From the human T2T-CHM13v2.0 reference genome, Homo sapiens: a stretch of 64,000 nucleotides of DNA. The position numbers and the translations under genes were made by a program. The DNA is taken from NCBI RefSeq assembly GCF_009914755.1, contig NC_060944.1, one strand, 5' to 3'. Below, in pieces: positions 30,910-49,210 of the stretch (its first letter is position 1; each line of letters opens with the position of its first letter). The notes beneath the pieces were generated by a model. The model did not search any database. It was given only the letters and a program-made list of their open reading frames with translations, and was not told where the DNA came from.

Positions 30910-31715
30910 TGTGATATTATTATATATTTCTTATTATATATTGGTCTGCTCCCAGTTTCTGGCACACAGCCCCTAAAACCCTTGGAATCTCTAAAGTGAT
31001 CAGTGTTTTTTTTTGTATGCTAGTAAGATGACTGGTGGCTGGAAGCTCCTGGATAACCTCTGCATCTGGGCTGGCTGCCAGGGGAACCAGCCAGTGATTA
31101 GAAAATTGGAACTTTCAGCCGTATCCCGTCACCTCCAGGGAGGGGAGAGGGGCTGAGGTTGAGTTGATCACTAATGGCCAGTGATTTAATCAATCATGAC
31201 TACATAATGACGCCTCCATAAAAACCCAAAGGGCAGAGTTTGAAGAGTGGGCCCGGAAGCTCCAAGCCCCTTGCCCATACCTTACCCTATGCATCTCTTC
31301 CACCTGGCCATTCCTGAGTTATATCCTTTGAAATAAACAGATAATCTAGTAATTAAATTGTTTTCCTGAATGATTTGCTTACTCTAGCAAATGACCAAAC
31401 CCAAGAAGGGGATTGTGAGAATCTCTGCTTTATAGCCAAATCGAACAGAAGTTGCCAGTAACCTGGTGACCTAATACTTGTGATTGGCATCCAAAGTGGG
31501 GGCAGGCTTGTGGGACTGAGCCCTTCACCTGTGGAGTCTGTGCTCACTCTGGTTAGTGTCTTAATTGAATTGAATTGAATTTTACGCTACGCAGCTGGTA
31601 TCAGAAAATTGGTTGGTATGGGAAAAAATTTGGTGTCAGAAGTGTCAAATGTGTCTGACACATTTGGTGTCAGAAGTGTCCTGGAAGTAAAGTGTTGATA
31701 GTATAGAAGGAAAAA
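30910..31715. mobile_element. MER21-family ERV LTR
   Basis: tttctggcacacagcccctaaaacccttggaat; gagttgatcactaatggcca. Confidence 0.75.
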
Positions 31716-31719
31716 CATA

Positions 31720-32100
31720 TAGGCTGCCACAACAAAGTACCACAGACTGAGTAGCTTAAACAACAGAAATGTATTTGCTCACCGTTCTGGAGGCTGGAAG
31801 TCCGAGATCAAGGAGTTGGCAGGTTTGCTTTCCCCTGAGGCTTGCAGGTGTCTGTCTTCTCCCTGTGTCCTTCTGTGACCTTTCTTCTGTGCATGTGCAT
31901 GGAGAGAGAGAGAGAGAGATCTCTGGTATCTTTTCCTCTTCTTATAAGAACACCAGTCTTATTGGATTAGGTCCCACCCTTGTGACCTCACTTAACCTTA
32001 ATTACCTCCTTAAAGGCCCCATCTCCAAATAGTCACATTGAGAGTTAGGACTTCAAGATACAAATTTGTGGGAGGAGGAGGAGACACGATTCAATCCATA
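31720..32100 (-). mobile_element. MLT1A-like LTR
   Basis: ggctgccacaacaaagtaccacagactgagtagcttaaacaacagaaat. Confidence 0.8.
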
Positions 32101-32630
32101 AAGTCCAAAGAGACAAAGTTTCCAAACCAGGACTTTTCCATATTAGGAGGAGGGGAAAATCTCCCTAAATAGACCTCACCACCCCTCTCCCAGGAGTTAA
32201 GGCATTCAAGGTATGGGTGAACCTGATCTAACCCTCCTCCCACCTCCAGTAACTACTAAGAGGGCAGCTTGCTGTTTAGGCTGGAAGTGGAAAAGAGAAG
32301 GAAAAGGTGCTGTCCGCAGAGCCTGTGGCCTCAGACCTTCCACTGAGCAGACTTGTACCTGGGGCTGTCAGACCTTGACTTTGGTTTGAAGCATTGTAGA
32401 TGGTAGTGTACCAGGTACCTGGCAGAACCAAGCTTAGAGCCTCTCTAATTCAGCATGTACATATCTAGGCCTCAGAGAACTCCATAAATAATTATTAAAG
32501 TCAATGACCAGAAAGAAGTCAAAGGTTACCTGGTATACAAGAAAACAAGGCAAAATGATAGACTTGCTCTTTTTACCTATATGCCAAGATTTATTTTCCT
32601 TTTTCTTTAAAGTCCATTAACTTTACTTAA

Positions 32631-32997
<367 letters not shown>

Positions 32998-34253
32998 TAA
33001 AAATGTTAGGCAGATTCAAATCTTGTTTTTCATTTAAGGGAAGATTTATTGAATTATAGGTTTTTTTAATTTGTTCTATTCCCTTTTTTGGGTTTTCTTC
33101 TTTAGGACCTCCTATTATACCCGTGTTGAATCTTCTTTGTCTCTCTTCAATATATCTTGTTTTCTCCTGAATCCTATTAACTTCTTTCTTCATATATTTT
33201 TTATTTTTAAAACTTTCCCCCTTTTTATCTTTTTCTTGTCATTGTCATTATGTTTTGCAATTGTGATTCTCTTAGGTATTCTTCAATTTTAATATAGTTT
33301 TCCCTTAATTTCTTTTTTCTTTTTTTTTTTTTTTTTTGCAGTATTCTGTCACCCTTTTTCTGGGTTTTTCTAATTTTTATTTATATTGTTTTGTGACCTA
33401 TATTTTCTTAACATCTTTCAGTTTTCTGTTTTTGAATACTCATTATAATTTTTTAACTGTTTTATACAACTTACTTTTTGGTGCGTTTTCATTATCTGAA
33501 AGTTTAACCTACTTCTTGTTCTCTTTTCCTTGAAATAACTTTGTATGGGATTTGACCTAGAAAAAACTTTTCCACTGTTCATTTTTATATAAAGTTAGTT
33601 TTGCTGAAGTTTTAGTGAGGCATGGTTCAGGATGACTTTCCTAAGTTAACGGAGCTCTCTCTTCCACTGTTTTTATGAAGTCTTCAAAATATATGGTGGC
33701 TTGCTGGATGAGAGAGCTCCTGCCTCTCATCCCTTTTCTACTTTTTATCTAGACCTTCCCATTCCTTTATCTATATTCCCTCTCTCTGCTCAATTTCAAT
33801 TCTGTTCTCAGAATAGTCTCCTTCATGTTGTGCCCTGTCCTGTTAGGGAGCTTAACTGACAAATTTCAAAAGTTCAAGAGGCCCAGGCTGTTTTAGCTCA
33901 TCTCCAGATTAACCAAGAATGACCTTGCACTCACCTATTATTGGACCGAGCAGAGTTCCTCACAGTGTCAGCTGCTGTTCTCAGATTGTTCCACTATGCT
34001 TTTCATTGAGTACCTATTAGCCATTTTGACATCCTCCTGTTCTCAGATTCATTGGATACCCCACTGTTTCTCTTGACCTTCTCTCATCCAGACATGAACT
34101 CTGTAAGTACTTGTGGCTGTTGGTAATTTGTATTGTATTGTAGCCACTTGTATTTAAGGATTCATTAGGACACCTAGCTTCATTGTCTATGTGTTTTTTT
34201 ATTTTATTATTTAATTGCTTTATCCAGTTTTACATGGGGATTCGGGAGATTCA

Positions 34254-34588
<335 letters not shown>

Positions 34589-34719
34589 CTATCATTATCT
34601 TCCCAGAACTCCAAGTTATTATTTTTAGTATGAAGATGCATTCACCATGAAAACCATCATTTTCTCTCAGGATAAAGTCCTAAATGGCTTTCCCTGACTT
34701 ACCTTCCCAGTTGTACCCT

Positions 34720-35068
<349 letters not shown>

Positions 35069-36234
35069 CCAATTGTACCTTTAGTCACTCTTACTCTTCC
35101 CATCTTCACTAAACTGCAGCACCATTGGCCTCTGTTCTACTGAGATGCCTTCTCTCACACACTCTCATCTCTCTTGAATAATTTCAGGTATGAGTTTAAA
35201 TGTTATATCCTTATTTCTATTATATACTTAAAGTATTTACCCTTTGCAGCATTTTTACCTTTGTAATGATTAACTTATTATGGAATTATTTACATCTACT
35301 TTAAGTTCTTGTGGGCAGAGTGTGTGTGACTTTTTATCCTTTGTTGCATCTTTAGAATTTGGCACAGTGACTCACACATAGTAAGTGCTTAATAAATTAG
35401 AGATGGAGGAAAGACAAAGGAGAAAACTATTAACTGAATACCTACAATAGACCTCTATGCCTATTATTTATGCCTCATAACACTATGGCAGGGTAGGCAT
35501 CCTTAGTCCTAGTTTTCACATAAATATCTGAGGACCGGAAAGTTTAAGACACACAGCTTATTAGCAATGGAGTCAGGATTAGGACCCAGTACCTGTCTGG
35601 CTCTGAGTCTGTTTTGGGGGCCTCATTCCTGATTGCCTAAGCTTACCTCTAACCCACTCTGGATCAGTGCAGTTGGACATCAACTCAGACACTCCCAGCA
35701 GTGGATTAGAGGCCCCAGTGTAGCTCCTGACCTGGTCAGAATGGGTTTAAGATATGGGAAAGACAGGGACTTTGGGGGCCTCTCTGTAGGATGGGAGAAC
35801 TGAGGAATAGAGTAAGAAAGGAAAAACGTCCCTTCCACAAAGCCTTCACTGGGTCACTAAGCTGTGAGAAGGACTCAAAAGATGCCCAAGATGAATTCTA
35901 CCCTTAAGGGGATTGCAGTTTCCTTAGGATGCAGGCTCAACAAGAATAAACCAAAGCACAAACAATAGTAGGCAGGAATACCGTGATCAAATAAGATGTT
36001 TTAGGTTACAGATGGAATTGTCCATGAGAGCTGAAGAGGCAGTGGAATTTTGTGGCAAAGGCAGGAATTAGGCTGAACACTACACAAACATATAATGAAG
36101 GGCAGTGGTAGATATGGGGCAGTGATGGCTCTCCAGGTGAGAACTACATGGACAGGTACGGAGATGATGAGAAACCAAGCCAAGGGTCAGTGTGAGAGAG
36201 AGTGGGATAGTCAAGACCAGCCGAGAAGAGTTGA

Positions 36235-36588
<354 letters not shown>

Positions 36589-36858
36589 AGAAAGTGCTAT
36601 TTTCATCAATACTAGTAACAACAACCATTATAGCATCTGGTCACACAGCAATTATGATATGCAAGCACAGGCCAAGTGCTCAGGGCATGTTGATGCCTTT
36701 GCCAGGGTCACACAGCAAGCTGTGTAGACCCCAGGGCATCTCCAGGCGCAGCAGAGGGGGCAGCAGAGAAGTGGAGATGGATGGCCATGGGAGTGCAGAG
36801 ATGGCAGCCAAACAAGTATAATGTTGATGACACAACGTAGGCTTTCCTGATTCCTCAG

Positions 36859-37038
36859 GTAGAGATCGTGATGTCCCTGCTTGGAATGTTTTGTCCCCCT
36901 CTGTTTGAAACCATCGCTGCCCTGGAGAATTACCACCCACGCACTGGACTGAAGTGGCAGCTGGGACGCATCTTTGCACTCTTCCTGGGGAACCTCTACA
37001 CATTTCTCTTGGCCCTGATGGATGACGTCCACCTCAAG
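36859..37038 (+). CDS. TMC2: TMC2 coding exon (probably exon 12): [60 protein letters not shown]
   Basis: gattcctcag|GTAGAG ... CTCAAG|gtaaaa; 180 nt. Contains the GMFCP methionine equivalent to the TMC1 Beethoven site. Confidence 0.96.
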
Positions 37039-38214
37039 GTAAAAACCACAACACCCCCCACCCCACTGCAATTCCTGGTGCCCATAGTATTTTCTTTTTT
37101 AATATAATAATTTCATTATATATAATTCATATTAATTAAATAAATGTAAATTAAGAAAAATAAAATTAAAAAAAAACTCCTTGGACTCTATGACCCAAAG
37201 ATGACCATTGTTAACCTTTTCCTATAGTTTTTTACTGTCCTTTTCTCTGGTTGTCTTTTTTCACATCATATACATGTCATTTGATACCTTAATATTTTAT
37301 CTTCAGCCTTTTCCACACTGTTTCAGAGCTGCCATAAATGATTAACAGCCAAGTAATTGTCCTCTAAGGGGCTATGTCATTACTTAACCGTTTATCAATG
37401 CTCACCACACAATTATGGAGCACCCACAATGGCAGGCCCTGGGGTAGAGCAGACAGGAAGACACAGTCCTGTCCCAAGTGTGTTCACACACTGGGCTGGG
37501 AGACAGACTTCATTACAGCACGCTGTGGGATGTGCTTCAGTAGTGGCAAGCCCAGGGCAGCATGGCAGTGCACAGGAGGAGCTCCAGATCCCTCCCTGGG
37601 GACCTTAGCAGACATTGGAAAAGGCAGAGGGAACAGCTGGGTCAACAGGGAACTGGAGTGGAGCAGAAGAGTGAAAAATTTAGAGCAAAGGAGGGCCCAA
37701 TGATGCTGATGCCCCTCTTCTCCACCCCTTCCCTCCTTATTATTGAGCTGTAGGAACTTTTTCCTGATGCTAACAGAAAACTGTTCTAAGCATGGAAGTG
37801 ACTGAATCTGGCCCTAACCTCTCCTCCCCACTCATCTCTGGCTTCCCTCCTACCCAGGAGACTGCTCTACCCTCCTGAGCCTCACATTTCTGCCACAGGG
37901 CAAAATTCTATCTTGCCTCTCTCTCCACCCCTCTCCTCATGTTTGACTAGTTGACTAATCCTTCTTGAGGTTTTGGCCCAGCTGTCACTGCCTCCCGGAA
38001 GTCTTCTGTGGCCCCCATTGTGTGATGTGGATGCTCCTTTTCCCAGAGAGAATTTCTCACAGCTCGTATCAGTCTGTTCTGTAATTGCCAGTTCATCTCC
38101 ATCATTTACTAGACTCTAATCTTTCTGAGCGAACCTCCATCTCTCTTGGTCACTCTTGTATCACCACTACTTTATATGCACAGAAGAAGCCCTGAATAAA
38201 TTATTTTCAAGAGA

Positions 38215-38408
38215 ATAATGAATGACTGGATAGATGCATGAATGGATGGCTGAATGCTTAGATGGATGAATGGATGGATGGATGGATGGATGGATGGATG
38301 GATGGATGGATGGGTGGGTGGGTGGGTGGATGGATGGATGGATGGATGGATGGATGGATGGATGGATGAATAGACAAGTGGATGGATGGACAGACGGACA
38401 GATGAATG
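38215..38408. repeat. (GGAT)n tetranucleotide repeat with embedded (GGGT)4
   Basis: Seen directly. Confidence 0.95.
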
Positions 38409-38630
38409 CTGACTTAGAGTAGAAGATAACTTCATGGGAAAGACCCAAGAACTACAGCCTCTCCTGTACATATTGAAAGCCTGAGAAGGGAATTTTGGAA
38501 GGACTCTGTCCAGGGGAGAGCAGAAGCTAGATGGTAGGGTTGTGGCATTTGCTGGCTTTCACTGTTCTTATGGAAACAGTTGGACCATCCCTAGCTCCTT
38601 CCTACCCCACACCTCCATCTTCTGTTCTAG

Positions 38631-38780
38631 CTTGCTAATGAAGAGACAATAAAGAACATCACTCACTGGACTCTGTTTAACTATTACAACTCTTCTGGTT
38701 GGAACGAGAGTGTCCCCCGACCACCCCTGCACCCTGCAGATGTGCCCCGGGGTTCTTGCTGGGAGACAGCTGTGGGCATT
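38631..38780 (+). CDS. TMC2: TMC2 coding exon (probably exon 13): LANEETIKNITHWTLFNYYNSSGWNESVPRPPLHPADVPRGSCWETAVGI
   Basis: tctgttctag|CTTGCT ... GGCATT|gtgagt; 150 nt; CWET motif; three N-glycosylation sequons (NIT, NSS, NES). Not listed in the ORF track. Confidence 0.96.
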
Positions 38781-39633
38781 GTGAGTAGTTACACTCTCTG
38801 AAAAGGTGACCCCTGTTCTCAGTTCTTTGTTATTCCCTCCTTGATGTTTCCATTTGAGGAATAACCCTGAAAACTTACCAGCTGTTCATCCAGCAAACAT
38901 TTCATAATCATCTAGGAGGAAATAAAATGACCAAAGCAGATCCTGTGACCCCTGGGAACTCCAAATCTCTTTGGTGTCTCAAAGGTTGTGATTGGTGTCT
39001 GGTAGATATTTTCAATTTTTCCAAAAACATAGTAAATTATGTCTATTCTACAAATGCAGAGAAAGCTTTGTCCTTCAGTTTTTGGTCCTTCTTCTATGTG
39101 CCTCTGTGCAAAACCTGTTTTATTTTCTCTATATATCAAAAAAAAGAAAAAGAAAAAGAAAAATCTGACTAGCAGAAGATGAAAAAAGCTAGGCATTGTC
39201 TCCAGTGACTGACGGTCACATTTGGTCTTAGTGGGGGCAGCTGGCACTTCAGAATAAGTGGGGAAGCAAGGCCTTCGGGTCCTAGTGATGATGACTATGA
39301 TGCATTGGGCATAGTCAATTTAACAGGCAATTTGCATTTGCATACATAATTACTAAGTTTCACAATAGCCTTTTGAGATTGATATCAATATCAACTTCAA
39401 GAGGTTCAGAGATTATTCCAAAGCCATACAATTGGTAATGTGGAGCTGGGACCTAAATTAAGCATTTTCCAGAGCCAGGAGTCGCCTCTCTTCACACACA
39501 AAGGATCAGAGGGTCACAGAGACAAAGTCAGGTGGGTGGGGGAGAGTTTATTAGACTCTCAACAAACTCTCAGGGAGGGTGGGAGAAGTGGGCAAGGTCT
39601 CCAACCACCCCCTCTTCCTGTGTTCCTCTGCAG

Positions 39634-39762
39634 GAATTCATGAGGCTGACGGTGTCTGACATGCTGGTAACGTACATCACCATCCTGCTGGGGGACTTCC
39701 TACGGGCTTGTTTTGTGCGGTTCATGAACTACTGCTGGTGCTGGGACTTGGAGGCTGGATTT
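39634..39762 (+). CDS. TMC2: TMC2 coding exon (probably exon 14): [43 protein letters not shown]
   Basis: ttcctctgcag|GAATTC ... GGATTT|gtaggt; 129 nt. Confidence 0.95.
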
Positions 39763-40763
39763 GTAGGTCACCACTTCATGGACATTCCGCACAAAGGAAT
39801 TTCAACTATCTTCTTTGATACTTATAGCCAGATGCATTCTTGGGCATTTCATTTCTTTGGAAGCTTAATGACGGTCTCTGCTCTGTAGAGTAGTAAAGTG
39901 TTTAATTTGTATTTCCTTTAAGGGTCCTATTTGCCTTCATAAGGGAAACTGCTTTTTCCCAGTGTAATGAACAATGTGACCTTCTATTCTAGGAAATGGA
40001 GGCATTTGGCCTAGGGGAAAGTGGACCACACACTCCAGTACTGAGCCAATGGTTGATAGGGAATTGCATCTGAGCAGCCTCAACTCTCATTATGGGGGCT
40101 GAAATCTGACAGTGGAGGCGAATATTTCAGGAAGTCCTGGAACACACCAAGAACACAATAACCATTGGTCCTGTCTTCTGGATGATGCTTTGAGAAACCT
40201 CCTTTGACTTGTATTCCCTTATAGCCCTCTTCCCCACCTACCTGGTAAATGTGTGTCATTTCCTCTCTGTAGTGTCCTTCTATGCTCTGGCAGAATCTCT
40301 GGCTCAGGCACCTGTGCTGTACATGTCTCTTCCACAACACCTCACTGGCCCAGCCTGCAGTCACTGGTGTGCATGTAAGGTACCTACCTCTTACCTGAGC
40401 TCCTGGTGAAAGGCTCCGTAGGATGTTGACCTATGTATCCCTCATCCTGGCCTGGCCCAGGTAAGGGCCCCAGTACAGGTTTCTGTCACATTTTTTTTTC
40501 GTTCAGTCACCAGTCTCAGTTTTAAACAAGTCTGCTGAGCTCCTCGGCAGCCAGGAAAGCTTCATAATCTTGTCTGAGAACGAAGATGAAAGAACTTTGT
40601 GCTCAAAGAGGATGACATCTTTGATAGAAAGACACAATATTACTAAGAGGTCATTGTTCTTAAATTTGTTTGTAAGATCACCACGATTTCCAAATAATAC
40701 TAAAGTTCATTTGAAAAATAAGCATGTGAGAATATCCAGAAAAAATATTTAAAAAGAAGAATA

Positions 40764-41045
40764 AGGCCAGGTATGGTGGCTCACACCTGTAATCCTAGCA
40801 CTTTGGGAGGCCAAATTAGGAGAATTGCTTGAGTCCAGGAGTTCAAGATCAGCCTGGGCAATTTAGCAAGACCCCATCTCTACAAAAAATAAAAAATTAG
40901 CTGGGTGTGCTGGTGCATGCCTGTAATCCCAGCTACTCAGGAGGCTAAGGCAGGAGGATCCCTTGATCCCTTGATCACACCACTGCATTCCTGCCTAGGC
41001 GACATAGTGAGGCCCTGTCTCAAAAAGTATATAAAGAAAAAATAA
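40764..41045 (+). mobile_element. AluJ inside sense L1 fragment (~40600-41470)
   Basis: Alu consensus; L1 ORF2 motif caatggaacagaatagaaagtccagaaatag. Confidence 0.82.
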
Positions 41046-41479
41046 AAAGATGAATAAAAGGAACTAGACTTACCATAATACTAAAACATATGATAAAGCT
41101 ATAATAACTAAAACTGGTACTAGAAAATAGACCAACATGTCAATGGAACAGAATAGAAAGTCCAGAAATAGATACTATCTACATGGGCCTTTAGTTTATG
41201 ATAAAGGGAGACTTTCAAACACACTGGGGGGAAAGGATTATATTAAAATATATATAAATTATATAAAAATGTGGGGGATTATATCCCTCATTCATTTCAT
41301 CTAGATTAATTTTAGGCACATCAAAGTCTTAAACATCAAAAAAATGAAAATATAAATTTCTAAAAGAAAGCATGTACAAACTTAGAATCTTGGAGTGAGG
41401 AAGATTTGTCTAAGTAGGACATGAAACCCAGTAGATATGTGTTTTTTTTAACATTTTAAAATATTAAAATTTAAATTCT

Positions 41480-41772
41480 GGGTGGGGGTGCGGTGGCTCA
41501 CATTGTAGTCCCAGCACTTTGGGAGGCTGAGGTGGGTGGATCACTTGAGGTCAGGAATTCAAGACCATCCTGGCCAGCATGGTGAAACTCCATCTCTACT
41601 AAAAATACAAGAATTAGCTGGGCATGGTGCTGCACACCTGTAATCCCAGCTACTTGGGAGGCTGAGGCAGGAGAATCACTTGAACCAGGAGGCAGAGGTT
41701 GCAGTGAGCTGAGATTGTGCCACTGCACTCCAGCCTGGGCAACAGAGCGAGACTCCGTCTCAATAAATAAAC
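41480..41772 (+). mobile_element. AluS
   Basis: Alu consensus. Confidence 0.88.
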
Positions 41773-42577
41773 ATCCAAGACTTCACCCCGTGGACTTAAT
41801 GTATGCATGTTTCCTTCTTCCATCCATGCATGCTGGCCCTTCCTTTGTCTCTTTCCTAACTTCTCATCTCTCCTTCTTGTGTTCTCATTTCCCTTTATCT
41901 CCATTTCTGGAAGACAAATTGGGATGTGGGCTTTAGCATGCTTCATGAGGACCCTCATATCCTCAGTGCTCACAGATTTTATGTTCTTTCAAATATTCGG
42001 ACAAATCACGAAAACTGCAAATGAGGTAGGCTGAAAATATGAACCAAGCTGGGTGCTTTCCTTTCCGTGAACTGCTCTCAGACTGGAGGAAGAAGAGAAG
42101 GAGAAAGAAGAGTTGGAAGGATGATTTGGTTTTTGTTTGTTTTTAAGCTTTCTTTTCTTTTGACTCCTCATTTAATTATTTGCATTTCATTATTTATTAG
42201 ATTTCTCCTTGATTATAATTTCAGGGTATGTTTCTGATTAAAACGTTGATAAAATGTTCTGTTAGAGGCGAGGGTCTTCCCAAGAACACGCTGTCAGCCT
42301 GCAAGGCCTGAAAGATAGAAACTGTCATTTTTTTGTTTACTGAAATAGGCATTTTTAAAGTTTCAGCTTTGAGAATGTCAAATTTTTTGTTTAAAAGTTG
42401 AAAACATATTAAAGAAATAGAATGCTAAATCTAAGGTTCTTCTCTAGTTACCAGAGCAGGCTCTTTGGGATGGAATGGCCTTGGCTTGGCCAGTTGGTTG
42501 GTAGTAGGGTTTGGCTGAATTCACCAAACGTGCTTTTTTTTTTCTCTCTCTCTCTCGCTCCCTCCCTCCCTCTCTAG

Positions 42578-42645
42578 CCTTCATATGCTGAGTTTGATAT
42601 TAGTGGAAATGTGCTGGGTTTGATCTTCAACCAAGGAATGATCTG
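42578..42645 (+). CDS. TMC2: TMC2 coding exon (probably exon 15): PSYAEFDISGNVLGLIFNQGMIW
   Basis: long CT tract, ctctag|CCTTCA ... ATCTG|gtgagt; 68 nt, phase 0 to 2; conserved pore Asp in EFDIS. Confidence 0.96.
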
Positions 42646-42844
42646 GTGAGTTATCCATTTCATCTGGTGATCGCCTCATCCAAGGAGTCAAAAAACTGGA
42701 ATCCCAGACTTTGCAACTTAACTAGTTGGAAGAGGCTAGATAAGTCCTCTTGCCTCTCTGAACACCCCTCTTTCACATGAAAAATCAAGAGCAGGACTAG
42801 ATGAGAAGCAGGACAGTTTCTGGCCCACCCATGTGCTACCATAG

Positions 42845-43050
42845 AAGTAGAGAGAAAGGGAGAGGGGGTGGTGGAGGAGAAAAGGAAAAGGAAGGAAGGC
42901 AGGAGAGAAGGAGAAGAGGGAAGAAAAAGGGAAGAAGGAAGAAAGACAAAGGAAAGGGAAAAGGAAGGAGTAAAGAAGAGGAGGAAAAGAGGAGGAAAGG
43001 AAAATAAAGAAGGAGGGAGGGAGAAAAGAAGGAAGAGAAGGTGGAAGGTA
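42845..43050. repeat. GA-rich low-complexity polypurine tract
   Basis: ~200 nt almost entirely G/A on the + strand. Confidence 0.9.
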
Positions 43051-43512
43051 AATGAACTATGGAACTCCCTCTTCTGAAAAGGGAGTTCAAGGAGGTACAT
43101 AACTTCAGCCAAAGACTTTCAAGGTGCCAAGGGCTCGCTGCAAGCCACTGTCCAATTCTCTCAATTGAAGGACTTCAAATACTCTTCTGAGCAGCAATGC
43201 TGTTTTATGGAAACCGAGGAGAAACAGGCAGGAGACCGTATAATTTGCTAGATGCCTGGGGGCGAGTCAGTGGTAAAATCTTGGCCAGAGCTTAAGCCAG
43301 GAATGCTCGGAGTGCCTCCCTCTCCTGAGGACTGCATGGTTCTGGCTTGATGATCGATATTCTGGTTAAATGGGAGGCCCCTTACCTGGGGACTTGCCAG
43401 GAAAGCAGCTCGGCCTCATGCCCCTAACCCATCCGTCCCATTTCCTTCTATCACCCTTCCCTCGCCTTCCCTGCTGTCCAGCCAACCAGGTGTTTGGTTT
43501 CTGCCATTCCAG

Positions 43513-43752
43513 GATGGGCTCCTTCTATGCTCCAGGCCTGGTGGGCATTAATGTGCTGCGCCTGCTGACCTCCATGTACTTCCAGTGCTGGGCGGTGATG
43601 AGCAGCAACGTACCCCATGAACGCGTGTTCAAAGCCTCCCGATCCAACAACTTCTACATGGGCCTCCTGCTGCTGGTGCTCTTCCTCAGCCTCCTGCCGG
43701 TGGCCTACACCATCATGTCCCTCCCACCCTCCTTTGACTGCGGGCCGTTCAG
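43513..43752 (+). CDS. TMC2: TMC2 coding exon (probably exon 16): [80 protein letters not shown]
   Basis: gccattccag|GATGGG ... TTCAG|gtgcag; 240 nt, phase 2 to 2. Confidence 0.96.
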
Positions 43753-43894
43753 GTGCAGAGTCTCAGTTGCCCAGGAGCACCTCCCCTCCCGAGGCAGTCT
43801 GCTCAGAGGGCCTTGGCCCAGAATTCCAGTTCTGGTTTCATGCCAGCCTGTAAAAGGCCATGGAACTTTGGGTGAATCACCGATGCCATTTAAG

Positions 43895-44848
<954 letters not shown>

Positions 44849-46309
44849 TCTACCCTTTTAACACATGGATAACTTACTACCTGGGATTACTTTACCATAG
44901 GATAAGTAATGGTGGATATTCTGAGGATGAATTACCATACACTTACACGTGCCGTTTAAATGTGAAGCAGCTGCAGTGGACTCTTGACAGACCTCAACTG
45001 AGCTCTCTGCTCTCCAGAGCATTGGCCTGGGGGTTCAATACATAAGTCAAGCTAGTTGGGAGACTAGATATTGTATAAAAAGACAAATAATTATGTAAGG
45101 AGGTAGATCAAGAGATAATGTGCATCTACTGTTCTCTTTCCAAATGCATGACCTTCTGAAAACAAAGCCCTCTGCCAACTCCGTAAAGAGAGGTTCTGTG
45201 GTTAAAGCAGTTTAGGACGTACTGCCCCTTCTGTCTGCCATTATCTCACTTAGAAATGCTCAATGCACACTCCTTTGTTAAAGGCTCTGAAGAATCATGC
45301 AATGAGGTAACACCTGTAAGCTAGTGTCTCCGTCCTTATTGACCACAGAACCCTTTCTGCATGGATCACTCATCCAGGGCTGGAAATAGGGTGAGGCAGG
45401 TGAGTGACGCCCTACACTGCACATGAGCAACCCTGAGGGCATTACTTCCTTAAATTGTGCACTCAGGGCCTCACCCGCCTCACTCTAGTCCCAACCCTGC
45501 CTGCCAATGAGGAGAAACCCTGTCCCGTAAAAGGGTCGTATATGCAAAACAGCCCCTAAATGCCCAAAGAGCCTAGAATCCAAAGGAGGAAGGAGACAAA
45601 TGCAGTTTGTCGGCTTTGGGTGATTTATTAGGGGTAACTTACAGTCAGATGCATGGTCACAAGCAGCCGTGAGACAGGTAGATCTCCACACCTCAATCCC
45701 CCAGGCCCAGGGCTTCTATCTTGGGGAAAGTATGCGTGCTCTGGAAGGAATGTATAGGTGGCTCTGAACATCACAGCCTGTGATTTCTGCAGCAGCATCA
45801 AGGGTTGTTTTGGAGGAAACTTTATGTAGGAATAAGAGTTCCTACATAAAGAGTAATACATCTGCTAGTCATGTGGGAGGCACTCTCAGACTCAGGGTTA
45901 GTTAGAAGTTACAAGGCAGATTAGCATGTAAAATAAAGTCACTCATGTCCCGCACAAACACACTTTGAGAAATGCTGATCTGGTCTTTCTCAGTTCATAA
46001 AGGACTTTACTAGATAAAGGCCTGTGATGGTTGGAGCCCAGGGATGTTAGCAGGAGTGTTCCAGCAGGGTGTGATCTGGAAAACAGTGTTCACACAGAAG
46101 GAGGGGATCAGTCTAGAACAGAAGGAATGTGCTGAAGTGCAGATGGCCTAAGATTTAGCCAGGCTGAAAGGAGAACCGAATGGAAGAAGCCTCTGTTGGC
46201 TTCTTCCTAAGCAAGGTTTGGAGGGCTGGGCCCTGGGTGCAAATGCCAGCCCCCTTTTTCTCAGCTTCCCATCTGTCACTGGGTAGGAGGTCAGCAGGGA
46301 CAATTATAC

Positions 46310-48366
<2,057 letters not shown>

Positions 48367-48827
48367 CCATCTAATTCAACGACAAAATAATCTACATTCA
48401 ACTGTCACATAAAAGCCTAACACGTAAACTTAACTTTTCTCATTTGTACATGGCGGGTATGCACTGGAAATAAAAATAATAATAATAATAAATGAAACAT
48501 TGTCATACAGTGATGTGCCTGGCACTTGAAATGCCATCATGCTATAACTGCGTCATTGCAATTTGTGGTGTGCTGGGCAACAGTTGTAAGCAATGAGATG
48601 GCCACAAATGGTCTCTGACACAACTGCTCTTCCCTGTCATTATAGCACAAAAAATGAGTGAGCATGGCTGTGTTCCAATAATACTTTATTTACAGACACT
48701 AAAATTTTAATTTTATACTTCAATTTTTACATGTCACAAAATAGTATTCCTGTTTTGACTTGCTTTCAACTACTTAAAAATGTAAAAATGATTCTTAGCT
48801 CACAGACCATATGAAAACAGGTGACAG

Positions 48828-49210
<383 letters not shown>

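Noticed and set aside
31629-31680. Direct repeat tttggtgtcagaagtgtc x2
   Set aside because: A short slippage duplication at the end of a MER21 LTR, with no sign of function.
38167-38471. HPSI-repeat ORFs
   Set aside because: Translation of the (GGAT)n microsatellite.
42660-43112. Phe/Ser/Leu-rich and Lys/Arg/Glu-rich ORFs
   Set aside because: Artefacts of the GA-rich low-complexity tract.
45520-45955. Possible ERV LTR
   Set aside because: It looks LTR-like, but I could not establish the family, termini or TSD with confidence.
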